Origin: Chiloscyllium plagiosum
Taxonomy: Eukaryota
DNA length: 62,000 nt
NCBI RefSeq assembly: GCF_004010195.1
Contig: NC_057752.1
Span: 7,788,835-7,850,834, forward strand
Reading direction: 5' to 3'
Shown piece by piece: positions 50,780 to 62,000 of this stretch. The position numbers and the translations under genes are program-made. Within the stretch, counting starts at the first letter, position 1; each line of letters opens with the position of its first letter. The notes beneath the pieces are model-generated. The model was not told where the DNA came from. It worked only from the letters and a program-made list of their open reading frames with translations, and did not search any database.

Positions 50780-52170
50780 CTGGAAAAATGGTTTGGAGAG
50801 GCCAGGGCAGGTGCAAATACTTGGTGATATGCTTCTCCCAAGGTGAGGCAGAAATTGGGCTTATGGGAGCACCACTTCCTATCCATTGTGGATAAAAGTC
50901 TGGTTAGCAGGTGTAAGGTACTGTCCATATTGCTGCACGTGGTGCAGGTCTGGCCCATTCCACTTCATCTGGAAATCAAAGATGGACCGTGTCCGCAGGG
51001 ACACCATGTATAAAGCTCTAAGTAAGGAGGGGGAAGAACATACTCAACACTGCCATCATCCCCTGATGACCACCTTGGTGTACAGCTGCATCAAGCAATA
51101 CATAGACCCTTGATATAGAAACACAAAGTGTCACTACATACGGAGGTTCTACCTGTCCCTGGTATTATGAAGAATGGGTGTGGCCTTGGCGCTACGAAAT
51201 GGTCCAAGCAGCTGGAACGTTCTGTATCACTCGTCCTGCATGGAGAGATTTGTAAAGAAAAACATCTTTGACCACAAGTCCATCAGGCAATGCTCAGCAT
51301 GTAGTGACCTTGAGCCCCTCGGGAAAAGGAAAGCGTGGTTCCTGTCATGTGGCTCCCTGAGCAGACTGTCAAAGTCATTTAGCAGAATGCCTGATTGCCA
51401 GAACTTTCCAACCAGTACCAAGATATAGCTTGGTTGGTGGTGAGAAGGCACTGGCTGTCAGATCTTGCCCAGACTCTCTGTGTCACCGCATGCTACCCTC
51501 AAAGCAGCTGAACTGGTGAAGAAACTGTCATACATCTCCTTCTGGAAGGTGCTTTTTGCAAAAAAAGTCTGGAGAGAGATGCAGTGGTTTTTGTCAAGGT
51601 TCACCCTGAGCAGCTCTGTGATACAGGACTCTGTGCTCTGTTCCCTGGAAAGCACACTGAAACAAACATCGAATGCACCTGGAGGATCATCAACTTGATG
51701 AAAGATGCAGTTTCATTTGTCCAAACCTGCTGGACTTCCAGCGTAAAGAGTTGATCTTGACCAAATTTTGCAGACTGGAACCTTCCTAGGAATAGGACTA
51801 TGTGCTGAGGGATGCACTAAAGCTTGGGGCAATAGCTGCAAGACGAGTGGCATACGATCATCATCTAAAGTCTTTCAGCCAAAGTAGAATGGGGGCCCCT
51901 TCAGTTATCGGACTTTCTCAGTGCCTCAAATGTATGCAAATATAGTCTTGTATAAGTAAGAAATGTCTTTTTTTAAAAACAACTGCAGGGAATGAGTCGA
52001 CTCTCGACTCTGATCTCCAGCACCTGCAGTCCTCTCTTTCTCCCAACCGCAAGGAATGCCAACTTTCCAAAGTTATTCATGTGCAAAGACTGCACAGAAA
52101 TGCTTCAGTAACTGTGTATGCATATGAAGAGTTTTTTTATGAATAAAGTATATTTGTCCAATAAAATTAA
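50780..52170 (+). mobile_element. Tx1/L1-clade LINE 3' portion
   Basis: FHFIWKSKMDRVRRDTMYK, FAKKVWREMQWFLSRF. Ends in AATAAA-rich tail. Confidence 0.7.
51995..52043 (+). mobile_element. 49-bp Penelope terminus with 15-bp degenerate TSD
   Basis: ctctgatctccagcacctgcagtcctctctttctc, flanked by caactgcagggaatg and caaccgcaaggaatg. Confidence 0.7.
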
Positions 52171-52231
52171 CTGAAAATGTTAAAAAATGAAAATAAACCC
52201 ACTTTTTTCAATGTTTCTCTGATTTTTCTCA

Positions 52232-52308
52232 TAGGTTGACAATGTCTGGGAAAAATCAATCTTTAATTCCTGAAGACTCCAGGGCAATCCTGGAGGGTTG
52301 GCAACCTA
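52232..52308. mobile_element. Tiny DNA-transposon relic with TAGGTTG(A/C)CAA inverted ends
   Basis: taggttgacaa...ttggcaaccta, similar to hAT-type TIRs. Confidence 0.4.
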
Positions 52309-53074
52309 TAACATCAAACAGAATGATCAACACATCAATAAGTCTGAGGAAGACCAGAATCTTAAACCATTCTTTCCAAATTTTGTGATCTGACATCCTG
52401 GGTTTATTCATTCATTTTCACTTTATTGTTAATACCAAAAGTAAATTAATTTTACATACTTGTCTTGTTCATTAATAATGAATTACATACAATGAGAAAA
52501 ATGTTACAAAATTACTGAAATTTGTATTAAACTGTTCCCAGCAAACTTAGAATATCATTGAGTCTACCCTAAGTACATATTCTCGTCCATACATTAGCTC
52601 CTATGAAAACGTCTGATGGAAAATGGCACAAAGGAGTTCAGGAACATCAGAGGAATTGTATGCTTGTCCCTGAATGCATCCAGTAGTAATAATAACAAGG
52701 GCTGATCCTCATTGCTTATCAGACTTTTTACTTCTGCCAAAATTCACAGTTGCAAATGTATACTTCAAATCCAGAGACTTATCCAATTGCCAAAATTCTT
52801 GACCCATCAATTCATGTTAGACAACACAAATTTCACAATACTGTACAAATACATGGAACTGGTACATGAACGTTGGTCATCTGGATTGCCAGTAAGGTAG
52901 CAGATGTTATCTCTCCTTAACAGTCTTATGGATCGAGTACTATTACACTCTAAGTCAAACAAAAATGCTGCCAAAAGACCAAGGGCCAGTGACTATAAAC
53001 AGTTGCCCTGCAACAGACTCCTCCGTTCTGGTGTCAACTGGGATGACTTTATTACATATTCAAATTAAAGGGGC

Positions 53075-53345
53075 ATACTGGAATTAAGAATCTAACAATG
53101 ACCATGAATCTATTGTCAATTGTCAGAAAAACCCATCTGGTTCACTAATATCATTCAGGAAAGGAAGCTGCCATTCTCACCTGGTCTGGACTACATGTGA
53201 CTCCAGACTCCAGCAATGTGGTTGACTCTTAACAGCCCTCTGAAGTGGCCTAGCAAGCCATTCAGTTCAAAGGCAATTACAGAAAAACAATAAATGCTAG
53301 CCAACCAGCCAGCGATGCTCACGTCCCATGGGTGAATAAAATAAA
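53075..53345 (+). mobile_element. SINE body with CR1 family B tail
   Basis: aaacccatctggttcactaat...ctacatgtgactccagac, ending cacgtcccatgggtgaataaaa like 7815-7840. Confidence 0.7.
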
Positions 53346-53399
53346 ACAAACACAACAATCTAGACTTTAATTAAAGCATAAAGAAAACGTGCAAATCAA

Positions 53400-53803
53400 A
53401 TAATATAATCATGCCCAGTGTGCGCAATGCATGCCCACTCTCTAATGCCCACCTGTCATGGAAAGCTTCATGACACAACAAGTTTCGCTCACATTCCGCC
53501 GCTGGCAAGAGCTCGAAAGCAATCTCGCGAGAATTTGACAATCTCGAGCGGGTTGCCCCGGTGATGTTTTTGCTCCACGGTGGTTGATTGGACCATTCGG
53601 CGGAGAAACGGACCAATCGAGTACTCAATTTTTTTTAGGAACTGAACGGGAAGATTTAACTTTGGAAGAAGCGAGTCGCCGTGACCTGTGGGTTTAGCTA
53701 GCCGGTGCTGAACTCAACGCTACGATCAGAAAACGTAAAGCCGTCAGGAGAAGTTGTGCAGACAGTAGAGATCTTGATTATTTAAAAAAAACGAGCTTCG
53801 CCA
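53400..53803 (+). promoter_or_regulatory. CpG-rich promoter and 5' UTR of the TROAP-like gene
   Basis: Local CpG enrichment, TCTCGCGAGA 53523-53532, ATTGG 53587, CCAAT 53613, CHR-like TAGGAA 53636 and TTTAAA 53781. Confidence 0.75.
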
Positions 53804-53847
53804 ATGATGGCTGCCGTGAGGGGAGAGTCAGGTTCGACCGCTCCCAG
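53804..53847 (+). CDS. TROAP: Coding exon 1, tastin-like protein (MMAAVRGESGSTAP)
   Basis: ATG in the CpG region, donor CAG|GTGAGT, phase 2 matches exon 2. Gene identity is tentative. Confidence 0.65.
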
Positions 53848-54254
53848 GTGAGTATATCCAGTAGGACCGATCGGAGCAGCCTTTTGTTGTTTCTTTCTTG
53901 AGACAGTCCCTGACCAGACATGGTTAGAATAACATTCCACCCGTCAGGTCAACCGTATTCATTTGTATCACTGATTTGATTTATGACGCAAATACATCGT
54001 GGTGTATGCACGTTAATATACAGTATGTTGTTGGGCTCAGTTCTTAAACGTAAGTACCCATGCTGATTGATGTAATTGTAGCAATCTCTCTTGGGGTGCT
54101 GGCCCATTTCGAGCACCACTCTAATCTAGACTCATGTGCCTTTCAGAATCGATTTGAGAGTAGCATAGACAAGAAACTTAACTTCAGGCCCACCTTGTTG
54201 ATGTTTCCTGAGAGAGGGCGAGCGATGAAAAGAATGCAAATCTAAAATGCACAA

Positions 54255-54425
54255 TGAAAATCAAAAAGTACTGGAAATACTCAGCAGGTCAGGCAATATC
54301 TGTGAAGAAAGAAAGAGTTAATATCTTAGATTGAAGAAATGATGTCCTGTTTCTTTCCAAAGATGTTGCCTTACCTACTTCCAGCATTTCCTTTTTTTCA
54401 AACTTCCAGCATCTGCAGTACTTGT
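54255..54425. mobile_element. Old fold-back Penelope-terminus relic
   Basis: ctggaaatactcagcaggtcaggca...tgccttacctacttccagca...ttccagcatctgcag. Confidence 0.55.
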
Positions 54426-54654
54426 GCCTTTGTGAGATGAGAAAATTGTAGGTTATGTCTACACAGAAAAGACTGGAAATGTGCAGGTCAGTTAGCATTT
54501 TTGTACAGAACAGTCAATATTTTGGGGTTGTATCTTTCTTCAAAACTTAGAAATCAGAAATGCGCACGCTTAATAAGATCAAGAAAGGAGGGGAAGTATT
54601 GTGGAATGGTGGTTGGATGGTGTAATGAATCACATCAGTCAACTACCTGGTGAG

Positions 54655-55080
54655 ATGAACGTATGAGGAACGTTTTGAGGATTGTGGATATATACTCAAT
54701 GGATTCTAGAAGGACTGGGGGGATCTAATTGAAACATGCAGAATACTGAATGGCCTTCAGGGTAGATGTTGGGAAGATGTTTCTATTGTAGGAGAGACTA
54801 GGACCTGAGGGCACAGCCTTAGAGTAAAGACCTTTTAGAACGGAGACAAGGGGAAACTTCTTCAGCCAGAGAATTAATTGAAATCATTGGTACAGAATGC
54901 TGTGGAGGCCAGGTCATTGCGTATATTTAAGACTGAGATAGATAGGTTCTTGAGTATCAAGGGTTACAGGGAGAAAGTGGGAGAATGACAAAACTTGAGA
55001 AACTTATCAGCCATGATTGAATGGAGCAGATACGATGGGCTGAATGGCCTAATTTCTGCTCCTATGTCTTATGGCCTTAT
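54655..55080 (+). mobile_element. CR1 LINE 3' end (intron 1)
   Basis: GDLIET, TRGHSL-like and NFFSQR remnants, tail gctcctatgtcttatgg. Confidence 0.85.
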
Positions 55081-55502
55081 GGAATAACAAAACATTAATT
55101 CAACTGTTTTCAGAGCAGTAAACAGCAATTCACAGCAAGTTAGCATGCAAAACACTGGTTATTAAGTTCTGCTAAGTCTTATCATACAATGAACGTTACG
55201 CTTTCCCCTGTCAGTTAGTCATATAACTCTCTTTACTTCACTCCTGAGTTTCAAACCTCAAAGCCTAGCAATGACTCACTGTCAGCATTCTGCTGAGAAA
55301 TGATCACTCTGTTGCAATTTGCCAGTATCTCTGTTTAATTTCTAACCTGAGATTAGAAAAGGGTACTGCAAGCAAGAAAATAGACAAATGGATGTTGCAA
55401 GCTAAGTGGTGACACCTTGGGATTAAGCACATCATTTACTGGAAACAGACCATGGTCTGAGAGAGGATTTATGTATTTGGTACAGTGTGGCTTGGTATTT
55501 TA

Positions 55503-57365
55503 CATAGAACATAGAACAGTACAGGCCCTTCGGCACTTGATGTTGTGCCGGCCTTTTATCCTACTCTAAGATCAGACTAACATCCTTGTACTATCTTTCA
55601 ATGTGCCTGTTCAAGAGTTGTTTAAATGCCCCCAATGAATTTGACTCTGCTACCACTGCTGGCAGTGCATTCCATGCACCCATCACTCTGTGTAAAGAAC
55701 TGACCTCTGACATCTCCCCTAAACCTTCCTCCAATTACCTTAAAATTATGCCCTTTCGTGATAGCGATTTCCACCATGGGGAAAAAGTCTCTGGCTATCC
55801 ACTCTATCTATGCCTCTCAACATCTTGTACACCTCTATCAAGTCACCTCTCATCCTTTATTGCTCCAATGAGAAAAGCCCTAGCTCCCTCAACTTTTCTT
55901 CTTGAGACATGCCCTCCAGTCCAGGCAGCATCCTTGTAAATCTCCTCTGCACCCTCTCTAAAGTTTCCACATCTTTCCTATAATGAGGTGACCAGAACTG
56001 AACACAATATTCCAAGTGTGAATTAACCAGGGTTTTATAGAGCTGCAGCATAACCTCGCGGCTCTTCAACTCAAACCCCCTGCTAATGAAAGCCAACACA
56101 CCATATGGCCTTCTTAACAACCCTGAGGGATTTTTGGGCATGGACCCCAAGATCCCTCTCTTCCTCCACACTGTCAAGAATCCTATCTTTAACCCTGTAT
56201 TTGTTACGTCACAGAGTAAACTCCCCTGCTTAATTTGAAACCAGCAACACAGAAAAGATTTATCCTGTGCACTAATCTGAAAATTCGAGAAGCCAAGAAC
56301 CAGTTAAAGTAAAAATTAACAACTTAATTTCTTAAATTATAACAGAGAATTATTAACTAACAACTATTTACAATTCCTTACTTTAACCTATCTGTTACCT
56401 TCCCTTCTATAATACTAATCCGATAAAACTCCTGATTATGATTTACAAAACAAAACTTTTTATCTCAAAACCAGGCATCTTTAGTTTTTTTCTGAATTCC
56501 AGTGTTCTTTTCTTCTTAGGGATTTCTGCTTCATAGGTTACTGATCGATTAAAGGTACTTTTTAAGAGAGCTATTTTTCGGACAGTCTTTACATGCTGGG
56601 GCTTGGCAGATCTCCTCTCAACTGTTCAGCTTTCCCCAGACTTGTACTCCCAAAGCATCGAATTGTGTCATTGGCTTTTAAGATTTAAACTTTTAATTTA
56701 AACTGACCTAATTCAAATCTGTTTTGTTGTTTCCAGGCAACCAGCTAATCGAGTTGTTTGACCAAATGTTACATTATATTTCTTTTCAGAACACTTGGTT
56801 CTGTCAGGTAGTTCTGTTGCTTTTAACTCTCTTAAAGGTACAGTACTCCCACATCTTCATAACATATTCTACATTCAAATTCAACCTTCCAAAGTGACTG
56901 ACTTCACACTTTTCCAGGTTGAACTCCATCTGCCAGGTGTCAGCCTAGTTCTGCATCCTGTCACAGCCTCCACCAACCTTTGTGTCATCGGCAATCTTAC
57001 TAACCCACCTTTCCACTTCCTCATCCAAGTCATTTATAAAAATCACAAAGAGCAGAGGCACCATAACAGATCCCTGCGGAATACCACTGGTCACCGAGCT
57101 CCAGGCCAAGTAGTTTCCTTCAGGCCACCATCCTCTGTCTTCTATGAGCCAGCCAATTCTGTATCCAGGCAGCCAGATTTCCCCATATCCCGTGCCTCTT
57201 TGCTTTCTGAATGAGCCTACCATGGCGAACCTCATCAAACACCTTGCTAAAATCACATCTACTGCTCTACTTTCATCAATGTGTTTTGTCACATCCTCAA
57301 AGAATTCAATAAGGTTTGTGAGGCATGACCTGCCCCTCACAAAGCCATGCTGACTATCTCTAATG
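55503..57365 (-). mobile_element. CR1 RT to 3' end (intron 1), split by a solo LTR
   Basis: QHGFVRGRSCLTNL, GIPQGSV...FINDLD...ADDTK, HLEYCVQFWSP. Confidence 0.92.
56202..56864. mobile_element. Solo LTR, Gypsy-type
   Basis: TGTTACG...CATAACA with a perfect 4-bp TSD TATT. The CR1 is continuous across it. Confidence 0.88.
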
Positions 57366-57671
57366 GTAACTGCATATTCATTCTGTGATCTTGGCCAATC
57401 TGGTGGCAAGGGAGGAATCTATAAAGTTAATGCTTAAGAGACCTGGATCCCATGTTGACTTTGCAGGCAAAACGTGTGCAATACCACTCCAATTGTTAAG
57501 TACTTGATGAAACCTCCATGAATGTTATAGGTACCCATATGCTTGATGATCATTTTCAGTACACTGTTACCTGATAGAAAAGTAATCTGCCATCATTTTG
57601 TTTTGATATAGTGTGCAGTGTAATGCACTACAGAACTTGGTGCTGAAAATAACGGTCTGATCTTTTGGCAG

Positions 57672-57870
57672 AAATGAGTGTCTCAATCAAAAGGCTCGAC
57701 CTGTGAAGCCAACTGTGGCCAACAAAGAAAACTGTCCAAGACCAGTGAGGCCAGAGAAAGGAGCTGCTGTGCATGGCAGTAGGCTACCTATACCGGTGAA
57801 AAAGTTAAAAGTGAAATCTGTTCCAGACTTCAAAAAGTTACATCAACAGTGGGATAAAAAATTTCTGAAG
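57672..57870 (+). CDS. TROAP: Coding exon 2, tastin-like protein
   Basis: ttttggcag| acceptor and AAG|GTAAGG donor. Reads NECLNQKARPVKPTVANKEN...GSRLPIP...VPDFKKLHQQWDKKFLK. Exon call is firm; gene symbol is from recalled similarity to fish tastin N-termini. Confidence 0.75.
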
Positions 57871-58389
57871 GTAAGGGTATTATCCAACACACATAACATT
57901 GCTATGCATTCAAGAGCTGGCTGATCTTTAATGTAATATTGGGGAAGTTTTTTTTAAATAGGGATATCCCCAGAAGTGGGACATGTTTCTGTACAGGCTT
58001 GGATTCTTTTCTCAAAAAGAGATGAACGGTTGGTGACCTGATAAGTCTTCAAGGAAATTAGCATTTGGTAGGGTAGGTGTATGCAAAGGAAAAGGAACAT
58101 TTTAATAAATTAAACTTTAGGTCCCAATTATACCCATGAGGAAAGTTCGAATGTTCATCTCCTAAACCCAAGACATTTAATTTTAAAAGGATTATTGAGT
58201 TTTGGCAATCAGTCTTTCACTGAGGGGCTCTGGTGACACTGTTCTGTAGTAGGAAAGATTGAACAATTTATTTATATTACCTATTCCTTCAAGTGCTCCA
58301 ATCTGTCCATTTTGTATACAAATGAGATCATCTTTTGACTTGGTTCTCCTGGTGAGAGCCATGTTTGCTGAGAGCATCTGTCAACATAA

Positions 58390-59140
58390 CTTTTTTTTAA
58401 TTCTCTCGTGGGCTGTGAGCATCACTGCCTGGGCTGGAATTTATTACCCATCTCTAGTTGCCCTTGAGAAGGTGATGGTGGGCTGCCTTCTTGAACAGCT
58501 GCAGTCCCACAATGTCCTTAGGGAGGGAATTCCAGGAATATGACCCAGTGATAGTGAAGGAACAGCGATATATCTCCAAGTCAGGATGGTGATTCCAAGT
58601 TACACATGGTTCTGTTGCCCGTGTATCTGCTCCCCAGTCCTTCCAAATGGAAGTGATTATGGGTTTGAAAGGTGCTGTCCAAAGTTCTTTGGTGAATTTC
58701 TGCAGTGCATCTTGTAGATAGTACACACTACTACTGAGTGTTGGTAGTGTAGGGAGTGGATGCTTGTCAGTGTGGTGCCCGTCAAGTGGGCTGCTTTGTC
58801 CTGGATGGTGTCAAGCTTCTTGAATGTTATTGGAGCTACGCTCATCCAGGTGAGTGGGGAGTATTCCATCACACTCCTGACTTGTGCCTTGTAGATGGTG
58901 GAGGCTTTGGGGAGTCAGGAGGGGAGTTACTCACTGCAGTGTTCCTAGCCTCTGACTTGCTCTTGTAGCCACTGTATTTGTATGGTAAATCCAATTGAGT
59001 TTTGGTCAATGGTAACACCCAAAATGTTGATAGTGGGGGATTCAGTGATGGTAATGCCATTGAATGTCATAGGGCAGTAGTTAGATTATCTCTTATTGGA
59101 GATGGCCATTGCCGAGCATTTGTATAATGCAAATGTTACT
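58390..59140 (-). mobile_element. CR1-clade LINE (family B) 3' end (intron 2)
   Basis: MEYSPLTWMSVAPITFKKLDTIQDKAAHL, SWNSLP; homologous to 7100-7840. Confidence 0.88.
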
Positions 59141-59692
59141 TGTACTGTGTGAGAATCAAGGTATATACATCAGCCAGTCTAGTTTTGGAGTCGACCCCCA
59201 AAGTAAAAGCCAAAGTCAAGAATACTACCTCAAAGAAGCATGAAAAGCATGATTTTAACCATTCAACAAGCTTGTCTTTGACAGGCTGTTCTGCAAATGA
59301 TCATTGTAACCAAACAAGCAAAGTCTATTTCACAACTTATTTGAAAAAATGTATTCTGTATATGCTGTCTGTACATGATTTTTATTTTGTGGCACACAGT
59401 AAGGGCTATTAGTGGTGGGAATGATCATTTCAATTCCACTTTGATTTTGGTGTGCTGTGATTGACCACTCCTCAGCCAGATGGAAAATGAAATGGTTTTG
59501 TACACTGGATTTCACATGCTAGTCATCTTCCAGCTATGACTGTTTAATGAGATGCTGCCACCTGCTAAACCTTTTATGCTCTGATTCATATCAAGCAGGA
59601 GCTAGGTGCACATTGCCTGCAGCTCCCTTCCAAGTTGAGGTGGATTTTCATCTCTAAGTCAAGCTGGGTCAGAGGTGAATAGAAGTCTGTGT

Positions 59693-59800
59693 CAGCTGTG
59701 GCTCAACTGGTAGCACCTGCCTGTAAATCGCAAGGTTTTAGGTTCAAATTCCTCTCCAGGTTTTCAGCACATAAATCTTGGCTGATAATCCAGTGCAATG
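59693..59800 (+). mobile_element. Old tRNA-derived SINE head
   Basis: A box tggctcaactgg and B box ggttcaaattcc. Confidence 0.55.
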
Positions 59801-61633
59801 CGGTATTAATATTTCAAATAGATATCAAAATACAAGATTTTACAAAGCCCCCATCAATTTATTGAACATTATATAATGTTATTAGTTCAAAGTAAAACTG
59901 TTAAAATACAAATTTTCTACATGTTTGGCGACTGTTTTGCACTTTCCTAGCTGGTGGTTATTACGTGGAAGCAGTGTGAATGAATTTTGATCATGCATAA
60001 TTGCAAACTGTAATGGGCTTCAGTCATCAACAAGACTACCTATAGAATTTAATCTCCCTCCAAGAATAATTGCTTCTTCTGTTTCGGAGAGAGTTTGGTA
60101 TAAACATTTGGTGTATTGGTCACACCTGAGACTTGGATCATGCTTCCTTTTTCCCAATTCTATCCACAAGGTGTTAGAGGTTTCATGACTGCCAGTGTCC
60201 TTCTGATCACTTAATGGGGGAGTCATTTAAGTGTTAATTTAAGCATGCGTAGGACATTGTTTTTCCTTCTATGTGTTCAAACAATCCTAGCTAATCCTAT
60301 CCTTGACTTGATGTCTGCATGAATGTTTTCCAGCACAAGTATTATTATATCTCTTCCGCCCTACCTCCTTCAGACATGGACATGCAATTTAGCACACCCA
60401 TCACTGTCCTAGCGAAGTTGACAAAATATGACATTTAGGACCTCTGTTTTGTTTACTGCCGTGCCCCATACTTTGCAAGATTTTAGAATTACCTGAAATG
60501 TGTTTTACAATGACTAAGTTGACATGGAGCTGCCTTGTGTTCACTCTTCTGACTCACTAGGTTGAAATTAATACCGATGGATAATTTATAAAAATGGTAG
60601 TTTACAACTTAAATCTCGCTGAACAGAGAGAGACATATTGCCCCAGGTTTTGCCTTGCACTCATAGGGACAAACATAAAATTGCCAATTTCAAATGACCA
60701 CAACAATTTATACGATAGGGGAAAAGGTTGATGATTAGTTAGTAAGTCAACTTTGGTTGGCTGACGTTTTGTCAAGGAGAAGGCAACAAGGAACTATAAA
60801 CTCCCCAAATTCCCTGGTAATTCAACAAGGTGTAAAACGTTGTACTCAATCAGCCCAGGCTTGCAAGACCCAAAACAAAACATCTATTGATTAGATATGA
60901 TTGGGCAACACTAACTGAACAATCCTGAGAATGCTTAAAAAAAGCTACTCCAGCAATTCATTGCAAGAGGATCAATTCTGTTCATAATGTATATATTTGT
61001 GTCTGGTAGAAGTGACATATATTTGTATGCAGGAACTCATTCTCTACAAACATAAAGAATATCTTTAAGGCTTGCACATTTTAGAATTACCCAGGAGCGT
61101 GGGGAACCTATAGTTCTCTGTGGCTTTTCTCCATACAATGTCTCAGCCAGTAAGAGTCAACTTGCCACCCAATCAGCTCACTCTTCTCCTTAAGTATAGA
61201 TATTATAATTCCCTTGGACTCATCTGGACAAATAGAAGAATGCCAAATTTCAAACAAAAAGCATCAGCAACATTTTTCTTCTTTCAGAAAAATGGTGCTT
61301 AAATAAAACCTTGTAAAAAGACTTCATTACCTTGCATTTTGTGCACCACAATTTAGAACCTTTAAAACGAGATGTCTTTCTCAAGCATTCAAAATGTTTT
61401 CTTGAGTTAGCTTTGCTACAGTCCAGGTTATGTATTTGTATTCTAGACTGAGAATCTGCAGCAAATACTATAATGGAAAATTCCCTGCATTTAATTTCTT
61501 CTTTTGATTGCTTAATATGTGTCTAAATTGACAGGCTGAATTCACTGAATTGTCATGTTTTAATTTGAATGGTTTTATTCCAAAGGCAGTTGATAATTTA
61601 TTGGATATTATTATACTTGATTTATTATTTTAG

Positions 61634-61965
61634 AAACAAACAACTGCCAAAAAGGCCTGCACTCAGCCAATTCCATTTACCTTCGCAACATCCAGGGGAG
61701 CCAAATCAACTCAGCCTGTGAGCACAGATCATAATATGCGAGTGACATCATCTGCAATAACCAAGAAAGAGTTGGCTGAATCTGAGGGAAGTTATCTAGT
61801 CGGTGCCAATAATGCAGTCGGAGCTACAGATCAGAGTGTAGTTGAATCAAAACCTATCCAGACCCAAGGCTGTCGGCTGACAGTTCACCAAGAGTGCAGA
61901 GACTTGGGTTCTAGCATTGCAACGCTGAAGCTTGACCAGAATGAGATGGCAAACAAAGAAAATGA
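61634..61965 (+). CDS. TROAP: Coding exon 3, tastin-like protein (gene continues beyond the window)
   Basis: tattattttag| acceptor, phase 0 matches exon 2. Open frame KQTTAKKACTQPIPFTF...MANKEN, donor GA|GTAAGT. Confidence 0.75.
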
Positions 61966-62000
61966 GTAAGTATACAAAATAATTTCTTTTTCTCTCTCTC

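Noticed and set aside
60638..60672. Degenerate hammerhead-like motif on the minus strand
   Set aside because: Core boxes read CCTATGA and AAAA, so both are broken.

Overview
Scaffolded vertebrate DNA with several N gaps. The repeat content (HE1-type V-SINEs, CR1 LINEs, Penelope elements, Harbinger relics) points to an elasmobranch, probably a shark; this is inferred. About 53 kb is nested transposon debris: two CR1-clade families, L2, two L1s (one full length, one internally deleted), a Tx1-like 3' end, Gypsy-type solo LTRs, Harbinger relics and at least three Penelope families. Most Penelope copies are fold-back insertions with 12-15 bp TSDs, and several carry minimal hammerhead ribozymes. 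A 7.5 kb class I endogenous retrovirus (41633-49148) has two LTRs, a tRNA-Pro PBS, a PPT and a TCAT TSD. Its pro/RT region is replaced by a 1.4 kb AT-rich insert holding a second, unrelated matrix-like reading frame. The only host gene begins at a CpG-rich promoter near 53.5 kb: three in-phase + strand coding exons of a KEN-box protein resembling tastin (TROAP), continuing past the window end. All family assignments are by eye from recalled motifs; no searches were run.
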